Origin: Ministeria vibrans ATCC 50519
Lineage: Eukaryota > Protista > Filasterea
Direction of reading: 5' to 3'
NCBI GenBank assembly: GCA_943704425.1
Contig: CALSCP010000905.1
Coordinates: 1-64,000 of the forward strand
DNA length: 64,000 nt
Notes under the pieces: generated by a model
The model's database searches: none
Told to the model about the DNA's origin: nothing
The model's input: the letters and a program-made list of their open reading frames with translations, nothing else
In this document: piece by piece, positions 57,569 to 64,000 of the stretch
How positions within the stretch are numbered: the stretch's first letter is position 1
How the letters are laid out: each line of letters begins with the position of its first letter
Made by a program: the position numbers and the translations under genes

Positions 57569-60500
57569 TCAAACAGTCTGTTCTTGGCCCAGGCTTTGCA
57601 ATTGTATAAAATCAGTCTCCACGTCGTCCACACGTGCCCCCGCCAAGACGTCTGCGTTCATCTCGCGACGAGACTCCTTGCGTGAGAGTAGGTCACCCTC
57701 CGAACTGGCAAACGAATGGGCCGGCGACCGCGCTGACAGCGACATGGCACCGCGTCCACGCCGACGACGCACCAGCAGCACAATGACGACAAGCAAAAGA
57801 AGAAGAACCAGGACCGCCGCGGAAACACCAGCGATCATGGCGGCACTCGTGGATTGTGCGTCGTTGGAAGTGCCGGTCGCGCCCACGCCAGCCGTCACGT
57901 ACCCGGGCTGCGAAATAAAACCACAGGCGGTCAGCATGCTGGAGCTGTCGCAGCTGCTCAAAGCGCGTCGTCGTGTAAAGCTCGAGCGCGGCGCTGACGC
58001 AAAGCCACCTATCCCGTTGCTCGACTGAGACGCAAAAAAGACGCTCCAGAAGAGTCCCGACGTGGAAGCGACGCCCACAGCAAAGGTCACTCGGATGCGA
58101 CCGCCCCAGCTCGCCGACGAGTCCGGCGTGGTAATCAGGTAGACGGTTGCAGTGATTGGCTGTTCAATGGCACCGCTAAGTGTGGCGCTTGTCGAAAGCA
58201 GACCCGTGGTCACTTCGAAACGTGTCGGCACCGCGAACACACCCGGATCAGCTGTCAAAATGACGCCCTCAATTTGAACAGTACCGCCAGCCACGTCAAG
58301 GCCAATCATCTGGCACTGATCACCCACAAAGCCCATTGGACAAGCACACGTGTAGACGTCCAGATTGCGGACGCACGTTCCGCCGTTGATGCACGGATTG
58401 GAGTTGCAGCGGTTCACCTGCATCTTGCAAGTGTCTCCCGTGTACCCAATTGGGCATGCACACGAAAATCCATCAACCAAATCAACGCACGTGCCACCAT
58501 TAAAGCAGGGCGCAGACTCACACTCATCCAACGCAACGTTACACAACGCGCCGGTCACACCTGCGGAACAAACACACGTAAACGACGCAACGCCGGGGAG
58601 ACAGGCGGCACCAGGCCCGCACGGTGTCGAGAGGCACTCGTCAATGATCGACGAGCAAAGCGTGCCCGTGTATCCCGCCGTGCACGAACACACAAAACCG
58701 TCGAGGGCGTCCACACACCCAGCTCCATTTCGACACGGCTGCGACGCACACTCGTTCACCTCTTTTGTGCACTGTGCTCCCTCATAGCCCGAAGTACACA
58801 CGCACGTTGCGTTGTTGACACCGTCAATACAGCTGCCGCCATTCAGACACGTCAAAAAGACACATTCGTCCACATCTGTCTCACATACACTTCCGGTAAA
58901 GCCGGCAGCACACGCACATGCAAATCCATCCACAGCGTCGACGCACACGCCAAAATGTTTACAAGGGCTCGACCCACACTCGTTCACATCAACTGCACAG
59001 CTGACGCCTGTCCAGCCGCTGTTGCACACGCACAAATGACCCCCTCCCGTGAGACTTTGGCATGTGCCCCGATCATTGCAGAGACTTGGGTCACACGCGC
59101 CCACGACGAGGCCGCAGTCAACACCGCCAAAGCCACTAGCACACTCACACAAAAAACTCCCAATACCATCGTGGCAGGTGGACGCGCCTAAGCAAGGATT
59201 CGACAAGCATTCGTCAAGCTCGCTGGCACACGTCGTGCCGGTGAAGCCCGGAGCACAGGTGCATGCAAAGCCATTGAGCATGTCGTTGCACACCCCTCCG
59301 TGTCTACACGGACTCGACATACACTCATCAAGGTTGGCGGCGCACGTTGGCCCCACATAGCCTTCTACGCACTCACACACGTAGGAATTGACCCCATCTA
59401 CACATGTACCACCATGAGCACATGGCTGAGCCAGGCACTCATCGATGTTCACATCACAGTGGCTCCCCACAAAACCCGTCCGATCACATGTGCACGTGTA
59501 AAAGTTGTTGTTGTCCACACAAAGACCGCCATGCTGACAGGGACTCGACGCGCACTCGTCAATTTGCTGCTCGCACCGCACACCGGCAAAGCCAATGGAA
59601 GTGCAGTCACATTGCCACTCGGCGGCAGCACCCACACCATGCACGGAGCACAGTCCTCCGTTCATGCACGGGTTGCTCGTGCACAAATTCACCGCCTCGT
59701 TGCAGTGAATCCCACCAAATCCAGTCGCTTCGCAGTTGCACGTGAATCGTCCAATGCCATCAAGACACAGTCCTGAGTTGTCGCACGGCGACGAGTCGCA
59801 CTCGTCCAACTCTTGCTCGCACACCGTACCCACATATCCATCGGCACAGACACAAGCAAACCCGGCCGGCTCATCGAGGCAACTTCCACCATGCTTGCAC
59901 GGTTGCGACAGACATTCATTCACGTCGAGAGCACATTGAGCACCTTCGTAGCCGTCGGCACACACACATGTGAATGCTCCAAGTCCATTCAGGCAGGACG
60001 CACCATGTAGACAGGGCGATGACGCGCACTCGTCCCTCTCCAACTCACACGCCAGCCCTTCGTATCCGGTGCCCGTGCAGTCACACGTAAAGAGTGTGGC
60101 AGTCAACGAGGAGTCGCACAGGCCACCGTGTTCACACGGCGAACTCGTGCACACGTCCGTGACCAAGTCACAAAGTGTGCCGTGTCGATTGGAGGGGCAT
60201 TGGCACGCAAATGCGCCCTCCAGGTTCGAGCATGTGGCGCTCGCGCTACACGGGCAAGACGCGCACTCGTCAATATCCACCCCACAGTCGTTGCCTGTAA
60301 AGCCCACACTACAGAGACACTGGAACGAGTCCACGACGTCAAGACACGTTCCACGATTTCTGCAGGGGTCCGACGCGCACTCGTTTGTCTCCACGTTACA
60401 CTGCGTGCCGAAAAAACCAGCTGCGCACTCGCAGACGTATCCCGCAGCGCTGTCGGTACATGTGGCCGTCGCGTGACAGGGACTCGATGCACATTCGTCA

Positions 60501-63500
60501 AGATCCACGTCGCACAACACACCCTGAAAGCCCAGAGCACACTGGCACACAAAGCTGTTAACGCCGTCAAGGCACACCAGGGCGCCCGTAGCACACGGAC
60601 TCGACAGACACTCGTCCAAATTTTCGCCACACGCGCTCCCCGTCAGGCCGACGGGACATACACAAGTAAAGGCGGCGATTCCGTCGATACACGTTCCGCC
60701 ATTCGCGCACGGATTGACATCGCAGTCGTCAATGTTCTGATCGCACACAACACCCGTCCAGCCTGTTGAGCAACTGCACGCAAACTCACCGGCAGCGTCC
60801 ACACACTCCCCCTGCAAACAGGGCGACGAAGCACACGCAAGCAAACTCGTCTCACACAGCGAGTCGGTGAAGCCCGCAGCACATGCACACTCATACGATT
60901 CACTTGCACCGTTGGACGTACACGTTCCGCCGTGGAGGCACGGGGCTGATATGCAGGGATCGGGGGCAGTTTCACAAAAATCGCCCTCAAAGCCGTCGGC
61001 ACAAAGGCAGAAAATGGGCACTCCACCTGCACCGAGGGAAATGCACATGCCGGCATTCTGGCAGGGGCTTGAGTCGCAACCAATGAGAGCCTGTACATTA
61101 CCATCATTGGTAACCACAATGGTATTCCCACTCATTGCTGTGGGGTGAAACAAACAGCTGTAGGGAAAGGTGCCGACCGAGTCAAAGTAAAACCACCACG
61201 TCTGGCCCGGCAAAATCTGACTTCCTCGAAACACGCCGTTCTCCTCAAACACCTGGTGAACAACACCCGAGCCAGCAGCGTCGCCGTTGGTCCAGCCCAC
61301 AAGTGTTCCCACGCGCACCGTCGTTTGTTGCGGCACAAATCCGGCCAGGCGAAAATCAATGTTGACAAAGGCAGAGCCGCTCGGCACAGCCGGTTGGCTC
61401 GGTGCTGCGGCCACTGGCACACTTGCTGTGCTCATGGTAAAGCTGCTGACTTGCCCGATTGGCTGACTGCAAGCGACAAACACATCTTCGGTGTGAGAAC
61501 AGTCGTGGCTGGACACAGGCGCGTGATTGCAGTCAAAGAGTGTCGCCTCCGCGCCCGTACACACCACTTGGGACAGATGTATCATCTGTGCCAGAGCAAA
61601 TGCACTACTCGCCATGCCTGATTCACCGGTCCACGACGCCACGCGGTCCGAAAATCCCAGTTGGTTGCACACAACGCGCGCATTCGCCACGCTCCAATAG
61701 TCGTCACACACTGTGCCCCACTCGCCACACACCATCACTTGAAGTAAGCCCTCGCTGGCGTCGCCTGTGGCAACGCCCGACGATGCATTCACAAGTCGCA
61801 CATGCTGGTTTTCGGCCGCATCGTAACACGGCGCACCTGAGGTTTCAGCCGCAGCCGTGGTCATGGGTACTCGCACACGGTCGGTCGCAAGATTCTCGCC
61901 GGCACACACAACTCCCACGTCGCGCGAATGGGTACATGGTGCGTCCAACGCCCGACACTCCACAAGGCTTTGCTCGCTACCGTCGCAGGAAACACCCGCC
62001 AGATTGATGGGCGCGCCGGATGGGGTCGCGCCAAACGCACCAGCAGTGCCCCAGGTGGCATTACTCGCACCAAATCCCAAGCTGTGGCAGGCAATTTGCG
62101 CATTGACTCCTTGCTGATAGACGGCTCGAGGGGTGCCCCAACCTGCGTTGCAAACTGTTCCCCATACATTGTCGACAAACATCTCCAGACGACCCTGCCA
62201 TGGCACATCGCCACCCACAAGACGCAACGTGCCAACAGCACCAAACGTGACGACAGGCCCAAAGTGGGTTGTCTGTGGCAGAATGGTTGTTGGCTGCACA
62301 CGATCGGCCGTGAACAATTGACCAGCACACCGAATGGCTGCATCGTTGCTGTGGTCACAGTCGTGGTCACCAATCGGGTTGTGTTCACAGGTTGCCAAAC
62401 CTTGTTCGTAGCCATTGCATCGGACTTCGTCAAGCCAAATTGGAACAGTGGTAGGCAGTTCAGGGAACGGATTGGGCTGAAGAAGCACGGCCGCGGTCGC
62501 TGGCATTCCAAGTTGATAACACACAATCTGTGCGAAGCGCTCCGCAACGACCGTACTGCCAAAATCGGCACAGACGGTACCCCACTTGCCCTGGTAGACC
62601 ACCTCAACGGTGCCCTCAGACAACGTGCTCCCACGAACGAGACGCACCGATCCTTCCACAAGCGTGGGAGCCGCCTCGTTGGCAGCTGTGGTGGGCACAG
62701 CGATCATCAGAGCACTGGTGGTATCTACGCCCGTTTCAAATTGACCACCGCACTGGATGGCCACCGAGTCGCTCACTTCGCATCCAGATTGGTTCAAATG
62801 AGCACACTGCAAAACGTTCCATTCGTCTCCGGCACAGCTCAAAGCGCCGATACTCACAAAAGTGGCGGACGGCATTCCAAAGAGTGACTCGGCCGAGGGC
62901 GTCGTCAAACGACCAAACACCGACACGGCTGTGCTTGGCAATCCCATTTGTATGCAAGCAACACGCGCATTTTCCATATTTATCACCGCTCCTGTCGTCG
63001 GACTCAGCCAGCCGTTGTCGCAAACGGCGCCCCAGAATCCCTGAAAAAGAATTTCAAGGTAGCCAGCGCTGCTGTTGGTACCACCCACAAGACGCACTGT
63101 GCCCGCGGGAATGTCTACTACGGGCGCCACGCTTGTCTCTACCGCGACTTCCGTCGTCTGTGCAAAGACGCCTTGGGTCTCCACAACGCCTGCACAGCGA
63201 AGGCCCACCACTTCGCCAAGGGTACAGTCCGACTGGCCTACGGGCGCATGACTGCACTGTGCCAATACGTTCGTCTCGGTGCCACTGCACACCAGATCAT
63301 CCAGGACAAAGGGAGGCGGAACAGCAAAGGGCTGCGGAAACTGAGATTCGACAAAGGCCGTGGGAGATGAGGTAGGCAAACCCATAGAGGCGCACACGGC
63401 GCGTGCGGTGCCACGACTCGCTTGTGAAGATGAGAAGCCAGCGTCGTCGCACACATAGCCCCACTCGCCGCTGAGCGACATTTGCAAGAGACCTTCCAGG

Positions 63501-64000
63501 TCTGACTCGCAGCCCACAAGGCGAAATGTGCCATCAGGTGCGCTGGTTACAAGAGAGGGCACCACGCTACTTGCAGCACACGTTCCAACAGGAACACCGC
63601 TTGCCTCAACCGTGGCATTCTCACAGCGTAGAGCTACATCATCAGCATGTGTACACGCACCAGGACCCACAGAGTAGGAGCAATCAAACAGCGTGCCTTC
63701 GTCGCCTTGGCAATTTAGCGTCGCTACCTGAACGGGACCATCGTGGACCGAGGCAAAAGGATCGGCCGCCACAACTGTGGCACCACTAAAATCCAGGCCC
63801 ATTTGGCGGCACGCCACTTGCGGTGCCGCCGAACCCGCGCCCCAGCCATCCTTACACACCGTGCCCCACTCCGCATTGACAACAATCTGCAAAAGACCCT
63901 CGGCCTTTGAGAGACCGCCCACAAGACGAAGTGAACCGGGACTGCTTGTGGTCGACAGGGTCACCATCGTTGACTGAGGACCAGGCATGATCGTTGTCAA
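57569..64000 (-). CDS. Type I membrane receptor: >=6 SRCR, cupredoxin, 24 EGF (many Ca-binding type), ZU5-like segment, TM, short cytoplasmic tail; 5' end outside the window
   Basis: Six xRLV..EG..WG.VC SRCR units; plastocyanin-like WTN..H..YSCLFHPTAM; 24 EGF units of the DECxSxPC type; TM AAMIAGVSAAVLVLLLLLVVIVLLV followed by RRRR; one uninterrupted >6.4-kb ORF. Confidence 0.92.
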   Translation of the reverse strand: MTTIMPGPQSTMVTLSTTSSPGSLRLVGGLSKAEGLLQIVVNAEWGTVCKDGWGAGSAAPQVACRQMGLDFSGATVVAADPFASVHDGPVQVATLNCQGDEGTLFDCSYSVGPGACTHADDVALRCENATVEASGVPVGTCAASSVVPSLVTSAPDGTFRLVGCESDLEGLLQMSLSGEWGYVCDDAGFSSSQASRGTARAVCASMGLPTSSPTAFVESQFPQPFAVPPPFVLDDLVCSGTETNVLAQCSHAPVGQSDCTLGEVVGLRCAGVVETQGVFAQTTEVAVETSVAPVVDIPAGTVRLVGGTNSSAGYLEILFQGFWGAVCDNGWLSPTTGAVINMENARVACIQMGLPSTAVSVFGRLTTPSAESLFGMPSATFVSIGALSCAGDEWNVLQCAHLNQSGCEVSDSVAIQCGGQFETGVDTTSALMIAVPTTAANEAAPTLVEGSVRLVRGSTLSEGTVEVVYQGKWGTVCADFGSTVVAERFAQIVCYQLGMPATAAVLLQPNPFPELPTTVPIWLDEVRCNGYEQGLATCEHNPIGDHDCDHSNDAAIRCAGQLFTADRVQPTTILPQTTHFGPVVTFGAVGTLRLVGGDVPWQGRLEMFVDNVWGTVCNAGWGTPRAVYQQGVNAQIACHSLGFGASNATWGTAGAFGATPSGAPINLAGVSCDGSEQSLVECRALDAPCTHSRDVGVVCAGENLATDRVRVPMTTAAAETSGAPCYDAAENQHVRLVNASSGVATGDASEGLLQVMVCGEWGTVCDDYWSVANARVVCNQLGFSDRVASWTGESGMASSAFALAQMIHLSQVVCTGAEATLFDCNHAPVSSHDCSHTEDVFVACSQPIGQVSSFTMSTASVPVAAAPSQPAVPSGSAFVNIDFRLAGFVPQQTTVRVGTLVGWTNGDAAGSGVVHQVFEENGVFRGSQILPGQTWWFYFDSVGTFPYSCLFHPTAMSGNTIVVTNDGNVQALIGCDSSPCQNAGMCISLGAGGVPIFCLCADGFEGDFCETAPDPCISAPCLHGGTCTSNGASESYECACAAGFTDSLCETSLLACASSPCLQGECVDAAGEFACSCSTGWTGVVCDQNIDDCDVNPCANGGTCIDGIAAFTCVCPVGLTGSACGENLDECLSSPCATGALVCLDGVNSFVCQCALGFQGVLCDVDLDECASSPCHATATCTDSAAGYVCECAAGFFGTQCNVETNECASDPCRNRGTCLDVVDSFQCLCSVGFTGNDCGVDIDECASCPCSASATCSNLEGAFACQCPSNRHGTLCDLVTDVCTSSPCEHGGLCDSSLTATLFTCDCTGTGYEGLACELERDECASSPCLHGASCLNGLGAFTCVCADGYEGAQCALDVNECLSQPCKHGGSCLDEPAGFACVCADGYVGTVCEQELDECDSSPCDNSGLCLDGIGRFTCNCEATGFGGIHCNEAVNLCTSNPCMNGGLCSVHGVGAAAEWQCDCTSIGFAGVRCEQQIDECASSPCQHGGLCVDNNNFYTCTCDRTGFVGSHCDVNIDECLAQPCAHGGTCVDGVNSYVCECVEGYVGPTCAANLDECMSSPCRHGGVCNDMLNGFACTCAPGFTGTTCASELDECLSNPCLGASTCHDGIGSFLCECASGFGGVDCGLVVGACDPSLCNDRGTCQSLTGGGHLCVCNSGWTGVSCAVDVNECGSSPCKHFGVCVDAVDGFACACAAGFTGSVCETDVDECVFLTCLNGGSCIDGVNNATCVCTSGYEGAQCTKEVNECASQPCRNGAGCVDALDGFVCSCTAGYTGTLCSSIIDECLSTPCGPGAACLPGVASFTCVCSAGVTGALCNVALDECESAPCFNGGTCVDLVDGFSCACPIGYTGDTCKMQVNRCNSNPCINGGTCVRNLDVYTCACPMGFVGDQCQMIGLDVAGGTVQIEGVILTADPGVFAVPTRFEVTTGLLSTSATLSGAIEQPITATVYLITTPDSSASWGGRIRVTFAVGVASTSGLFWSVFFASQSSNGIGGFASAPRSSFTRRRALSSCDSSSMLTACGFISQPGYVTAGVGATGTSNDAQSTSAAMIAGVSAAVLVLLLLLVVIVLLVRRRRGRGAMSLSARSPAHSFASSEGDLLSRKESRREMNADVLAGARVDDVETDFIQLQSLGQEQTV

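Noticed and set aside
57569-57590. C-terminal EQTV as a PDZ-binding motif for the neighbouring PDZ protein
   Set aside because: Position -2 is Gln, not Ser/Thr or hydrophobic; adjacency alone is not evidence
57569-64000. Calling this EGF-rich receptor (or the one at 21960-44421) Notch or Crumbs
   Set aside because: No LNR/NOD, ankyrin or laminin-G pattern; EGF arrays alone do not establish orthology

Overview
Gene-dense, intron-containing eukaryotic DNA with GC-rich exons, mostly short AT-rich GT-AG introns often filled with (ATT)n or (GA)n, and seven N-gaps. The gene content suggests a unicellular holozoan-type protist with centrosomal/ciliary genes (inference; species not identified). Genes in order: the tail of a TPR protein; an unknown spliced gene (-); a ~2,600-aa PACT-domain coiled-coil protein (pericentrin/AKAP9-like); a secreted GHL15/GH168-like hydrolase; a C2H2-SAM protein; DPM1; a full Son of sevenless (SOS) RasGEF; a giant (~5,500-6,000 aa) type I membrane protein on the - strand; a 5'-truncated sugar C-methyltransferase/glycosyltransferase fusion; two copies of a tandem C2H2-repeat gene; an ENKD1-like gene; a mosaic zone (split PDZ gene, inverted SRCR fragment, RhoGAP-like fragment, EGF plus bacterial-type DUF285/BspA repeats); and a receptor with 6 SRCR, a blue-copper domain, 24 EGF and a TM helix. 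The most striking structure is that SOS and the giant receptor are mutually interleaved: each has its 3' part inside an oversized intron of the other, with in-phase splice junctions. The block boundaries fall on scaffold gaps and a (TTA)n tract, so a block-swap misassembly is the more parsimonious explanation until long reads test it. The strongest protein-level novelties are the intact cupredoxin inside an SRCR/EGF receptor, the RDPPG module and an unnamed repeated module in the giant receptor, and the EGF-DUF285 chimera. All domain calls are by eye; no searches were run.
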